From Zestosphaera tikiterensis (GTDB lineage Archaea; Thermoproteota; Thermoprotei_A; Sulfolobales; NBVN01), in contig NBVN01000005.1 of NCBI GenBank assembly GCA_003056265.1, positions 13,918 to 45,917 on the forward strand: 32,000 bases of DNA, in the 5' to 3' direction. The position numbers and the translations under genes were made by a program. Positions 1 through 9,454 of the stretch are shown here, piece after piece. The notes beneath the pieces were generated by a model, which was not told the origin of the DNA, made no database searches, and worked only from the letters and a program-made list of their open reading frames with translations. How positions within the stretch are numbered: the stretch's first letter is position 1; every line of letters starts with the position of its first letter.

Positions 1-653
1 TTATCGTAGCTAATGGGGCTGATCTGGAAACCTTTAAGCCCATTGACAAGGAAGAAGCTAGAAGGTACTTCCAACTGAAAGAAAACGATTTCATAATTGT
101 GTACATGGGGACAGTAGGAACTTACTATAGACTGACAGAAGTGTTAAATGTGCTTAAAAACCTAAAAAGAAAACTCGCTCAAAAAATTACAGTAAAGCTC
201 TTAGTAGCGGGTACTATAGTTGATAGTCTTCATAAAAGCTTTTTTAAAGCAATAAGCGATCCAGATATCATATACTTGGGCGAGCTCCATCTTGATAAAC
301 TCAAAATAATACTTTCAGCTAGTGATGCTGGGCTAATACCCCGTATAGAAGACCCCATCTTTGACTATGCTATACCTGCAAAGTTCTACGAGTATATAGC
401 GATGGGACTACCAGTATTAGCATTATGTAGAAAAGAAAGCGAGCTGGCTAGACTCATTATAAAAAACGGTCTTGGTCTCGTATGTGAAGCACCTGACGTA
501 CAATGCATCGAAGAAGCACTTACAACTTTAGCCATAAACCATAATATTTATGTAAAGCTCAAAGAGAATGCTATTAGATATAGAAAGTATGTTGATCGTA
601 AAATAGGCGGCGAGATCTTATCAGCTATAGTAAGACGTTTAATGCAACAGTAG
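1..653 (+). CDS. Glycosyltransferase, GT-B fold / GT4-like, C-terminal part (5' end lies outside the window)
   Basis: The frame of ORF 99..653 stays open back to base 3 (IVANGADLETFKPIDKEEARRYF...), matching the N-G-x-D...F-x-P segment typical of GT4 enzymes. Further on, FYEYIAMGLPVLAL matches the E-x7-E / G-x-P-V sugar-nucleotide binding region. It is the first gene of a co-directional glycan operon. Confidence 0.75.
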   Translation, partial: IVANGADLETFKPIDKEEARRYFQLKENDFIIVYMGTVGTYYRLTEVLNVLKNLKRKLAQKITVKLLVAGTIVDSLHKSFFKAISDPDIIYLGELHLDKLKIILSASDAGLIPRIEDPIFDYAIPAKFYEYIAMGLPVLALCRKESELARLIIKNGLGLVCEAPDVQCIEEALTTLAINHNIYVKLKENAIRYRKYVDRKIGGEILSAIVRRLMQQ

Positions 654-663
654 AGGGAGTAGT

Positions 664-2478
664 ATGGTTAACCATCAAGACAAGAATAAATTGTTAGTGT
701 TGATATTTCTAGAATTCACATTAGCTTTCTTCATGCTAGATCTGAATTTTAGAGCTAGCTCTCTGGTAGATAATTGGCCCTTGGAAGGCGTCTTGATTGA
801 AACAATTATCGTATTAATGGCTATATCTATTGCCGCATGGTTAATCTTTAGGAAAGTGACGCCATCGCTTATATTCGCAAGTATTATTACATTATCTCTA
901 TATATAGCTATGCCTGTAGTTAAATATTCAAACGGCAAGGGAATATATGGTATTGGCGATCCGGCAGCACATTATTCTTTTGGGATGTGGATAATAGAGT
1001 GGGGGCATGTCGCGACAAACAATGAACTGTACTATTCGAGTCAATATGGTACTCATCCAGGTAATGGAATAATACCGGCAGTGGTACACATAACGGCAGG
1101 GCTAGATTTACCATTGACTACTTCGATGTACTTAATGATGACAGCTGGATATATTTTGTATTTAATATTCCTCTTATGTCTAGTGAAACGCCTTAGCTCT
1201 GCACATATCAATAGTTATAGCAAATATCTGCTGCTACTCTCTATAATGTTTTTCAATACATATTTCCCTCCATATTATGGAGGAGTAGAGCTTAGTTATG
1301 GTTTTGTTGGTCTTCTTCTTTATACTGTAGTTCTATCATTGCTTAAGACCAAAGATTATTTTCCAAGCAAAACACTTACGATCTTTCTTCTGGGTTACAT
1401 TGGTCTGTTACTAACTCACTACTCTACAACGGTAATTATTACTTTCTACTTAGTTCTAACATTTCTAACATCTATAATCCTAGACATATTCTTGCACATG
1501 CGATCAAAGATGTCTGTCTCGATCGCTTTGCTTCCAGCCGTCGTATTCCTTTGTTATGAATTAATTGTGGATATCCTTTTAATATCCTCTACACTACATT
1601 TCGGCCTCCAAAGGTTGGTGTCTCTATATATATCGGAACTAGAGATGGCTGAAAAAGCTATGGAAAAGTATCCTGCACTAACTTTTCTGGATCTCGTCAA
1701 ATATTTGTTGAGCAAAAACGTTAAACCTTTGGTTATCCTGAGTAGTATTTCAATGTACATGGTCTTGCTACCAATGTTTACTAGACTTAGATTACGTAGA
1801 AACAATCATTTTAAGTTTTTAGCCTTACTTTTTCTTTCTTCACTTCCAACATGGATATTAGGATGGGCTGGAACTGGGGAATTTATGAGTGGGGCAAGAG
1901 CTATAATGCTTATCCAGTTCGTATACGTGTTGAACATTTTGAGCATTACCTATGATATACTAGAGTCAAAAAGATATGGAAAAGTGGGATCCTCGTTGAT
2001 GAGCGTTATAGCATTTACCCTCATCATTTCAGGGTTTATTTTTAATTACGGTCTTCCCTTAGGCCCCTTACTTCAGAGTAAAGAAGGAGATCTCTTCATG
2101 TATCCAGTATCGAGTCAGGGAGCTGTAACTCCATGGGTTCTACATTCTATAGAGTATACCAATAAATTCTTAAAGTATGAAGATCCCGATTTCCTATGTT
2201 TGGTGCCATATATAGGATACGGTCTTTGTGATTTATTATGGGAATCACCTAAAATACCGAAACACGGTTTTATTTCACCACCTTCTATAGCTTCTGAGGA
2301 TGTTATAAAGCTAATAGATGGTTATACTAATGTTGTAGTCCCAATACCATCAAGCGATAAAGTACTTCCAGGGCCTATAGGTTACAAAAGCTACTACTTG
2401 ATACCTTACAACTACTGTTTAAATCGATGTAAGGGTAAAATTTATACTAATGGACTCTACAACCTCTTTACGAGGTAG
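664..2478 (+). CDS. Polytopic membrane protein (about 12-14 predicted TM helices plus a ~130-aa C-terminal soluble domain); possibly a glycan polymerase or GT-C-like transferase
   Basis: The 604-aa ORF starts 11 nt after the upstream GT gene. It has long runs of hydrophobic segments (e.g. LLVLIFLEFTLAFFML, IIVLMAISIAAWLIF, YILYLIFLLCLV) and a hydrophilic Cys-containing tail. The function is inferred only from context in a glycan cluster. Confidence 0.6.
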   Translation: MVNHQDKNKLLVLIFLEFTLAFFMLDLNFRASSLVDNWPLEGVLIETIIVLMAISIAAWLIFRKVTPSLIFASIITLSLYIAMPVVKYSNGKGIYGIGDPAAHYSFGMWIIEWGHVATNNELYYSSQYGTHPGNGIIPAVVHITAGLDLPLTTSMYLMMTAGYILYLIFLLCLVKRLSSAHINSYSKYLLLLSIMFFNTYFPPYYGGVELSYGFVGLLLYTVVLSLLKTKDYFPSKTLTIFLLGYIGLLLTHYSTTVIITFYLVLTFLTSIILDIFLHMRSKMSVSIALLPAVVFLCYELIVDILLISSTLHFGLQRLVSLYISELEMAEKAMEKYPALTFLDLVKYLLSKNVKPLVILSSISMYMVLLPMFTRLRLRRNNHFKFLALLFLSSLPTWILGWAGTGEFMSGARAIMLIQFVYVLNILSITYDILESKRYGKVGSSLMSVIAFTLIISGFIFNYGLPLGPLLQSKEGDLFMYPVSSQGAVTPWVLHSIEYTNKFLKYEDPDFLCLVPYIGYGLCDLLWESPKIPKHGFISPPSIASEDVIKLIDGYTNVVVPIPSSDKVLPGPIGYKSYYLIPYNYCLNRCKGKIYTNGLYNLFTR

Positions 2479-3692
2479 TGACAGTGCAAATCAGAAACTT
2501 CTATGCTTTCCTCCTCGACTTCCCCGTTTCACATTACATTAGTGGATGGAGGAATATCAGTAGAACTCATCATTTGCTAGTGTTTATAGCAACCGATGAA
2601 GGTATCATAGGGTTAGGTGAAGGCACTCCATATGCTACTTCACATCTCTCCGACTATATTTATGCGTTAAGATTATTAGGAAAACTCAAGGGATGCAATA
2701 TAGAGGATGCCTTAAGCACGCTTAGAATGACGGAAAACAAGCTATTCGAAAAAAGGTCTACAGTCAACTTTGGAGCGTTCTTGGCAATCGAATCAGCTCT
2801 TCTGGATGCCTTAGCTAAGGCTAGGAAAAGCCCTGTTGCAGAGGTCTTGGGTGGTGCGTATAGAACGACCCTTCCTGTTGCTGGCACTGTGTTTCTCGGT
2901 CATCCGCTGAGGATGGTTAAAAGGATTAGGTGGTGGCTTGAAAGAGGTGTGAAGCATGTGAAGTTGAAGATTCCATGCAACATCAATAAGCTGGAACTTT
3001 ACCTAGATACTGTAATGCGTATAACGCGACTGAGGAATGAAGGTGTAACTCTGAGGGTTGATGCAAACGAATGCTTCAAAGAGCTGGATAAGGCGTACAA
3101 GGCGCTTCAAATAATGAGTAGATACGGTGTTGACATCGTTGAGCAGCCGATGCCTAGGGATAGATTGAGGGAGATCGCCAGGCTCAGGAAAGCTTTTTCA
3201 CCGACGATCAAGATTATGCTGGATGAAAGCCTTATGAGACCACAAGACTTAGAGACCTTTGCAACCATGGAGGCAGCAGATATCGTGAACTTCCACCCAT
3301 CAAAACTCGGATGCCCAAGCATAACGCGCGAGGCTATATTGAAGGCTAAGAAACTAGGCTTCGAGGTAAATATAGGGTCATCCTTAATGACCGAGGTAGG
3401 GCTAGCACACTACTTAAACTTAGCGGCATCGCTACCCGAGCTAGATTATCCATTAGAGGAAGTAGGTATAAAAGAATTCTATCCTTCATATAGTGTGCTT
3501 AAACCCCAGAAAAGTGTATTGCTTACTATTACTAATGGAAATATGAAGCTCCCTTCGGACTTAGGTACCGATATAAATTTTGAAGACTTAAGACTAGATA
3601 CGCTTAAAGCCTTCTTTGAAAGAGTCGAACCATCATACATACTGCGTGATAAAGTTAAAATGCTACTTAGCAACATAATTAGAAATCTTTAA
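2478..3692 (+). CDS. Enolase-superfamily enzyme, muconate-lactonizing-enzyme (MLE) subgroup (dipeptide / N-acyl-amino-acid epimerase-like)
   Basis: All the barrel motifs can be read in order: HVKLKI (K-x-K), LRVDANECF (metal Asp), VEQPMP (metal Glu), IMLDESL (metal Asp plus Glu) and NFHPSKLG (second catalytic Lys). The GTG start overlaps the upstream TAG by 1 nt (TAGTG), and an alternative GTG lies at 2484. Confidence 0.8.
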   Translation: MTVQIRNFYAFLLDFPVSHYISGWRNISRTHHLLVFIATDEGIIGLGEGTPYATSHLSDYIYALRLLGKLKGCNIEDALSTLRMTENKLFEKRSTVNFGAFLAIESALLDALAKARKSPVAEVLGGAYRTTLPVAGTVFLGHPLRMVKRIRWWLERGVKHVKLKIPCNINKLELYLDTVMRITRLRNEGVTLRVDANECFKELDKAYKALQIMSRYGVDIVEQPMPRDRLREIARLRKAFSPTIKIMLDESLMRPQDLETFATMEAADIVNFHPSKLGCPSITREAILKAKKLGFEVNIGSSLMTEVGLAHYLNLAASLPELDYPLEEVGIKEFYPSYSVLKPQKSVLLTITNGNMKLPSDLGTDINFEDLRLDTLKAFFERVEPSYILRDKVKMLLSNIIRNL

Positions 3693-3783
3693 ATTCATTC
3701 GACCATAACTATCTGTAAGGTGTATGCAACAAGATAATATGTTGCATTAGCCAATTGAGTTAAACGGAGGTCTAAGGAATACC

Positions 3784-5571
3784 ATGAAAGTATGCCCTAA
3801 TCACATACTGTTAGTGATTTCAGCCAATACCGATATACCTAGCAAGGTTCACATGTCTGCGGAGGGATTAAACTTCTCTTATTCCAAAAACTTATCTAAT
3901 GGTACTACTAAGATTAGTATTTATGCAAGTAACTCCTGTGGCATCTACGAATCTGAAGAAAAGCTCATCATCATAAGTGGTCTCTTTAAAGATTCTATTG
4001 AAGATTATGCAGATAAGCATATAGACGAAATTCTAGCCTCTTTTGGCCATCAAGGCTTCATAATCTTGATCGATAAGAAGACCCTCGATATTTACATAGT
4101 ACAGGGCCCTGTAATATATCAGCCTATATTCTACACGTTGCAAAATGGCGTTGTTTTAGCTTCAGATGATATGAGTACAATAGTTAAAATTCTCGAGGAC
4201 GTGTATGATGTAAAACCCTCCATGGATTTACTGGCATTATATGAATTTATTCTAGTAGGCGAGATAGTATCGGCTCGTACCATAGTTAAAGGAATAAAAC
4301 ACATTAGAGCCGGCGAATATGTACATATAACTGCCGAGGAATGTTTAGGACTCAATCATACTAATTATTGGGAACCATGGAAAATAATAGAATCACCTAC
4401 ACATAATCTAAATGCCAACAAGTCCGATTTACAAATTTTGCTCCAAACACTATTCGAAATAACTAGCGAATACTGTGAAGTAAATGAGAGCACCATTGGT
4501 GTACCTTTTTCAGGCGGGCTCGACTCAACTATGGTTTTAACTCTTTTATTAAAGGCTTGCAAGAACAAGAAGGTGATCCCGCTTCATCTAAACGTGGGTA
4601 GTATCTACGAGCTTTATTTAACTAAGCAGATACATGAAAGAGTTTGTGAAAGTAATAATGTGCACTGCGTTTATACTCGGTATTCCATCACAGAAATTTT
4701 AAGCAGTTACGACGAACTACTACATAGACACATATGTTGCATTCCATTCCCTCGACCCGGTGATGCAGCACTTACATACTCCTTGCTAGCTGAAGCCTTC
4801 AGCAATACCGGGGTTAAGTTTGTTATAAGTGGTGATGACGGAGATTGTATTTGGGGCGGTTATGACCTTCCCGCCTACTATATTCTTCAATTACTACTCA
4901 AGAAGGATTTCAGTAAATTTATTCAACTCATAAAAATCCTCTTCTCGTATGACCGCTCAATTCTAGTTAGATTCATAGCTGAAACAGTAGATACCTTCAT
5001 GAAAACCTGGCTTCCCTCAATCTACTTTACTAGGAGAGCGAAAAGAGTTGCTAGATTGAATCGTGCAAAAAGAAGATTTTACAAGCTCTTAGCACAATAC
5101 ATTTCTACATTATATGAAAATACACTAAGGCCGTTGTCTACGAATATCTTCAGGGAATATCTTACACGGAGATTCGTGTTTCTGTCATCTCCCCTAATTA
5201 ATACGAACGTAAGAGCCCATGAATGTCGCAACATAATTTTGGCCCCTCTTTTTGCTTCACGTAAGTTGCTAGAAATAATAGCTTCTTTACCAGATGAGCT
5301 ATTCTTTACCCCATATGGTTTTAGAAGTCTTCAAAGGGTCTTCTTAAAAGTTGCTGGCTATCCCCCATCTATATATAAACAAAAGAAAAGCGGTTTTTCC
5401 ACTACCAACTATGTTACTACTGATGCCCAAATAATTACAAAGATAAAGAGTTTGATTAGCACCGATCCGTATATTTCCAAATCCGTAGATCTTCACAAGT
5501 TGGATGCTCACGATCTCTTAAAGGTATATAACGCAAAGCTTAAATACGAATGCCTAATTAAAGACGTATAG
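3784..5571 (+). CDS. Asparagine-synthase-like PP-loop ATP-pyrophosphatase / amidoligase, N-terminal glutaminase nucleophile apparently absent
   Basis: The PP-loop VPFSGGLDSTMV sits in the middle of the 595-aa protein, and size and domain order fit AsnB/WbpS-type enzymes. The N-terminus reads MKVCPNH rather than the M-C-G start of class-II amidotransferases. Confidence 0.75.
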   Translation: MKVCPNHILLVISANTDIPSKVHMSAEGLNFSYSKNLSNGTTKISIYASNSCGIYESEEKLIIISGLFKDSIEDYADKHIDEILASFGHQGFIILIDKKTLDIYIVQGPVIYQPIFYTLQNGVVLASDDMSTIVKILEDVYDVKPSMDLLALYEFILVGEIVSARTIVKGIKHIRAGEYVHITAEECLGLNHTNYWEPWKIIESPTHNLNANKSDLQILLQTLFEITSEYCEVNESTIGVPFSGGLDSTMVLTLLLKACKNKKVIPLHLNVGSIYELYLTKQIHERVCESNNVHCVYTRYSITEILSSYDELLHRHICCIPFPRPGDAALTYSLLAEAFSNTGVKFVISGDDGDCIWGGYDLPAYYILQLLLKKDFSKFIQLIKILFSYDRSILVRFIAETVDTFMKTWLPSIYFTRRAKRVARLNRAKRRFYKLLAQYISTLYENTLRPLSTNIFREYLTRRFVFLSSPLINTNVRAHECRNIILAPLFASRKLLEIIASLPDELFFTPYGFRSLQRVFLKVAGYPPSIYKQKKSGFSTTNYVTTDAQIITKIKSLISTDPYISKSVDLHKLDAHDLLKVYNAKLKYECLIKDV

Positions 5572-5596
5572 CCTATACTTTTATAGGTGTTCAGGT

Positions 5597-6898
5597 ATGA
5601 ACGCTATCTGCGTCTTCGGCCTTGGTTATGTTGGTCTTCCATCCGCTGTGGTTTTTGCTTCTAGGGGGTTTAGCGTTGTAGGTGTTGATGTGGATGCTGG
5701 GAAGGTTGAGGCTGTTAACCGTGGTGTTAGCTATCTCCGGGAGCCTGGTCTGGAGGGGCTTCTTAGAGAGGCTGTTGCTGGTGGTAGGCTTAGGGCTACG
5801 ATGGATGCTGATGAGGCTTTGAAGCTCTGTAATACAGTATTGATTGATGTCCCTACTCCTGTTAGGGGTGGTGTCGCTGACTTAAGCTACGTCACTAATG
5901 TATTGACAAGGGTTTCTAGGAGGCTTCGCAGGGGTACGCTCGTGGTCATTGAGTCCACTATTCCGCCGGGCACTACTAGTGGTTTGGCTAGGAGGATTCT
6001 CGAGGAGGGCTCCGGACTGAGGGTTGAGGAGGACTTCTACCTTGCCCACGTACCTGAGCGTATTGCCCCGGGTAAGGCTATTGAGGAGTTGCTGAATGCT
6101 CCTAGGGTTGTTGGTGGTGTTGGCCCTAGGTCTACTGAGGTGGCTTTAGCTATCTATAGTAGAGTTAACCCTAACATGATCCCCACCGACTCCACTACAG
6201 CTGAGTTTGTTAAGCTGGCTGAGAACACCTATAGGGATTTAAACATAGCATTCGCAAACCTACTAGCCCTAATGGCTGAGAGCTTAGGGATAGATGTCTA
6301 CGAGGCTATAAGGCTAGCTAGCACTCATCCAAGAGTAAGGATCCACCAGCCGGGCCCCGGTGTTGGAGGCCCCTGTCTAACCAAGGATCCATACATGCTT
6401 GCATCACTACTACAGGAATTCTGGGGAACCGAGCTAATTAGGCTCAGTAGGAGGATAAATGAGTTCATGCCCCACCACATGGTTAAAATAATTGAGCGCG
6501 TAGCAGGCTTAGAGGGCTTCAAGCTAAGTGGTTCAAGGATAGCTGTCCTAGGCTCAGCGTATAAGGGTGGAGTAGATGACACGAGGGAGAGCCCCTCAAA
6601 AATCGTAGTTAGTGAGTTGATGAGGAGGGGGGCTGTAGTGATTGTTAACGACCCATATACTAGTGAATCATTTGGGGCTGAATACTATGGAGACGTGTAT
6701 AAGGCTGTAGAGGGCTCAGACATGGTGGTCATCGTTACAGACCACCCGGAGTACAGGGATCTAGACCTAGAGCGCGTTGGTAGAGTAGTGAGGAGGAGGG
6801 TTATCGTTGATGGTAGGAGGGTCGTAGATCCATATAAAGCTATGTCTCTCGGGTTTAAGTATTACGGCATAGGTTACGGTAGGGCTTGGAGGATATGA
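5597..6898 (+). CDS. wecC: Nucleotide-sugar dehydrogenase, most likely UDP-N-acetyl-D-mannosamine dehydrogenase
   Basis: It has an N-terminal Rossmann motif (VFGLGYVGLPSAV) and the catalytic-Cys motif VGGPCLTKDPY of the UDP-glucose/GDP-mannose dehydrogenase family. It overlaps the downstream UDP-GlcNAc 2-epimerase gene by ATGA, which is the classical wecC-wecB pairing. Confidence 0.85.
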   Translation: MNAICVFGLGYVGLPSAVVFASRGFSVVGVDVDAGKVEAVNRGVSYLREPGLEGLLREAVAGGRLRATMDADEALKLCNTVLIDVPTPVRGGVADLSYVTNVLTRVSRRLRRGTLVVIESTIPPGTTSGLARRILEEGSGLRVEEDFYLAHVPERIAPGKAIEELLNAPRVVGGVGPRSTEVALAIYSRVNPNMIPTDSTTAEFVKLAENTYRDLNIAFANLLALMAESLGIDVYEAIRLASTHPRVRIHQPGPGVGGPCLTKDPYMLASLLQEFWGTELIRLSRRINEFMPHHMVKIIERVAGLEGFKLSGSRIAVLGSAYKGGVDDTRESPSKIVVSELMRRGAVVIVNDPYTSESFGAEYYGDVYKAVEGSDMVVIVTDHPEYRDLDLERVGRVVRRRVIVDGRRVVDPYKAMSLGFKYYGIGYGRAWRI

Positions 6899-7989
6899 GT
6901 GTGTTAGTCTTTACCGGTACTAGGCCCGAGATAATTAAGTTAGCTCCTGTTATTAAGAAGCTTGTGGATGAGGGTGTTGAGTTTACTTACATACATACGG
7001 GTCAGCATTACGACTACGAGATGAGTCAGGTGTTTATAGAGGAGCTTGAGCTACCTAAACCGCATTACTCCTTCAGGTTGGAGAACTATACACCCGCTTC
7101 ACAGCTTGGTGAGGTAATGATACATATAGATAAGGTGGTGAGTTCTTTAAAGGGTAGGCCTAAGTTAACGCTTGTTCAAGGAGATACTAACAGCGTTTTA
7201 GGGGCTGCTTTAGCTTCTTTAAGGTTAGGTATTAAGATAGGTCATGTGGAGGCTGGGCTACGTAGCTATGACTGGAGGATGCCTGAAGAGCATAATAGGA
7301 GGATGGTTGACCACATATCGGATTATTTATTCGCCCCTACGGAGTTATCTCGAAGGAATCTTGAGGATGAGAGGGTTTTAGGTCAGATATACGTAACGGG
7401 TAATACGGTTATAGACGCTTTAGATACGTACTTCAGCAGGGTTTTAGAGGTTGAGGGTAGGGTGTTGGAGCAGGTTAGATTTGATGAATATGTGTTAATT
7501 ACGTTACATCGTGCTGAAAACGTTGACGACTCGAAAGTGTTGAAAAGCTTTGTTGAAATTCTCCGTAAGCTACCCATACCTGCTGTATACCCTATACACC
7601 CAAGAACTAAGAGAAGGCTTTTAGAATACGGTCTTTTAAACACTGTTGAATCACTTAACCACATCCAACTACTACCCCCGCAGGGCTACTTCGAATTTCT
7701 AGCGCTACTTAAAAACTGTAAATTAGCTATGACTGACTCAGGCGGTGTGCAGGAAGAGGTAACACACCCTAAAATCAGGAAGTATGTGTTAGTTCTTAGA
7801 AGCTCTACCGAAAGACCTGAAGCAGTTCAAGCAGGTTTTGCGAGAGTTGTCGGTTTAAACCCTAACGTTGTTTTAGCTGAGCTGGAGAAGGTTATTTCCT
7901 CAAGTAGCGAACCACCTACAACTTCACCTTTTGGCGACGGCAGAGCTAGCGAGAAGATCGTAGAGATCGTTAAAAAAGAGCTTTATTAA
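6895..7989 (+). CDS. wecB: UDP-N-acetylglucosamine 2-epimerase (non-hydrolysing)
   Basis: Family motifs present: TGTRPEIIKLAPV, HTGQHYDYEMS, QGDTNS, HVEAGLRSYD, PEEHNRRMVDHISDYLFAPT and MTDSGGVQEE. The listed ORF starts at TTG 6886. ATG 6895 overlaps the wecC stop (ATGA) and is the more likely start. Confidence 0.9.
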   Translation: MSVLVFTGTRPEIIKLAPVIKKLVDEGVEFTYIHTGQHYDYEMSQVFIEELELPKPHYSFRLENYTPASQLGEVMIHIDKVVSSLKGRPKLTLVQGDTNSVLGAALASLRLGIKIGHVEAGLRSYDWRMPEEHNRRMVDHISDYLFAPTELSRRNLEDERVLGQIYVTGNTVIDALDTYFSRVLEVEGRVLEQVRFDEYVLITLHRAENVDDSKVLKSFVEILRKLPIPAVYPIHPRTKRRLLEYGLLNTVESLNHIQLLPPQGYFEFLALLKNCKLAMTDSGGVQEEVTHPKIRKYVLVLRSSTERPEAVQAGFARVVGLNPNVVLAELEKVISSSSEPPTTSPFGDGRASEKIVEIVKKELY

Positions 7990-8047
7990 CTTATTAACCC
8001 ACACCAGTAGGTTAGGTTAAAACCTAAATATGGTGAGGCAGTAAGAG

Positions 8048-8365
8048 ATGAGCTTAAGTAGGGGCTACTTAGTTGAGGTTGTTGTTAAGGAGGTTAGGGG
8101 TTTCTGCTCTATCGGTTATAAACCAGGCGATAGATTCATCATCGAGAAATACTACATAAGGAGCAATCAAGAAAAACCTATATGCTTACATGCTCTAAGC
8201 TCTATGCTCACACTTATAACGCCATTCCTTAAAGGCGTTTCAGCTAGGGATTTAGGTATAGGTTCTGAAGATAACGTAGGCTACGTACAATGTCCAGACC
8301 CAGGCAAACCCTATACATGCGGCGGTACTGTAGTTTTTGAGTTAAAACGAACAAACCTTAAGTAA
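8048..8365 (+). CDS. Small Cys-rich conserved protein, TIGR04076-like
   Basis: The 105-aa protein has the pattern C-x...PICLHAL...QCPDPG...YTCGGTVVFELKR, which I recognise as the TIGR04076 family signature. Four Cys and one His suggest a metal or Fe-S site. It is the last gene of the co-directional operon. Confidence 0.55.
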   Translation: MSLSRGYLVEVVVKEVRGFCSIGYKPGDRFIIEKYYIRSNQEKPICLHALSSMLTLITPFLKGVSARDLGIGSEDNVGYVQCPDPGKPYTCGGTVVFELKRTNLK

Positions 8366-8863
8366 GGTAAAACATACGTAGCTGTAAACTAAGAAGAATT
8401 AACTTTAAACATACGTAAGCACTTAAGAAGTGTTTAAGTAGGGAGTCCTATATAAACATAAATACCACCACATTAACAACTAAGTGTTTTGTTTCTTTAG
8501 GTAGTGATTTTTATTTAGGGAAACCATAGGTATGAGGTCTTTAAGCTAACTTTAGCTAAGCTTACTAGGGATAGTCGTTAAGGTTTAATTAAGTCTAGGT
8601 TTTAAGCACTCCTAAGTTACTTCCTGAAGATATTATAGAGGGTTTTAATGTGATGTTATTAGTTGCTATCACTTAAGAACTTAAAGCTTAGGGAAACATC
8701 TTAAGATTTGCTTAACTCCGCTTTAACTATATTCTCAACCTTAACATTCTTTAAGGTCATTGCTTTGAAGTTGGCTTTCCTAAATCTAGTTGAGGTTTAA
8801 ATGAAGCTGGATTTACACCTCATTAAGCTTTCAGAAATTCTAAACCGTTAAGAGAGTATTTTT

Positions 8864-8892
8864 CCAGCTAAACATAATTAATGTTTAGCTGG
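8864..8892. repeat. Perfect 12-bp-stem hairpin (ccagctaaacat / aatta / atgtttagctgg)
   Basis: Read directly: 8864-8875 is the exact reverse complement of 8881-8892, with a 5-nt loop. It lies in the ORF-free region and is preceded by a T5 run. Confidence 0.8.
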
Positions 8893-9454
8893 AGCGAGTT
8901 ATATGTCGTTAGTAGTTAATAGTTCGTTAGCGGTTTCATAGTTTATTCCACGGCCTTCACGGTTAGTTTGAAAGTCCGTCTAATTGCCTTAAACTAACTC
9001 CTGAATCCCCTCGACGTGATGGTTAGGTAGGGGCTGGGGTTAGGTCTTGAAGACCTCAGATACCGCAACTCACTTTTCAACATCTACGCATTAGCTAGAA
9101 CAACCGCCGGGGCACACCCACAATACTAACCTACGGAAGCCACGGGATCACCGGCCTTAAGGAAGGTATGAACAGAGCGAGAAATACATGGCTCTACAGG
9201 CTCCACCTCCTAAACACTCCCTAAAAATCAAACCACAGAAAAACAAGGGAGAAACAACCACAGCTGTGGAGTTAAACCCCACGCACATCACCTTATTCAC
9301 CACTTCCATAACTTCCACCTAACGCTGAAAACAAAACGACGTTAATGCTGGTTTTGAGAGGCAAGTTATTAGAAAACCTAGCTTTGATAAACTTAACAGA
9401 GCGTAAATCTACACTCAAGAACAGGCCCCGACTAAACGCTCCAGGTCTGCGTTA

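Noticed and set aside
675-1114. Minus-strand ORFs 675..938 and 920..1114, and similar short antisense ORFs inside other large genes (1554..1805, 2660..2887, 3107..3322, 3479..3676, 4131..4568, 6325..6582, 7383..7664)
   Set aside because: They are fully embedded antisense in long ORFs that carry clear family motifs. Their translations are low-complexity with no motifs, which is typical of shadow ORFs.
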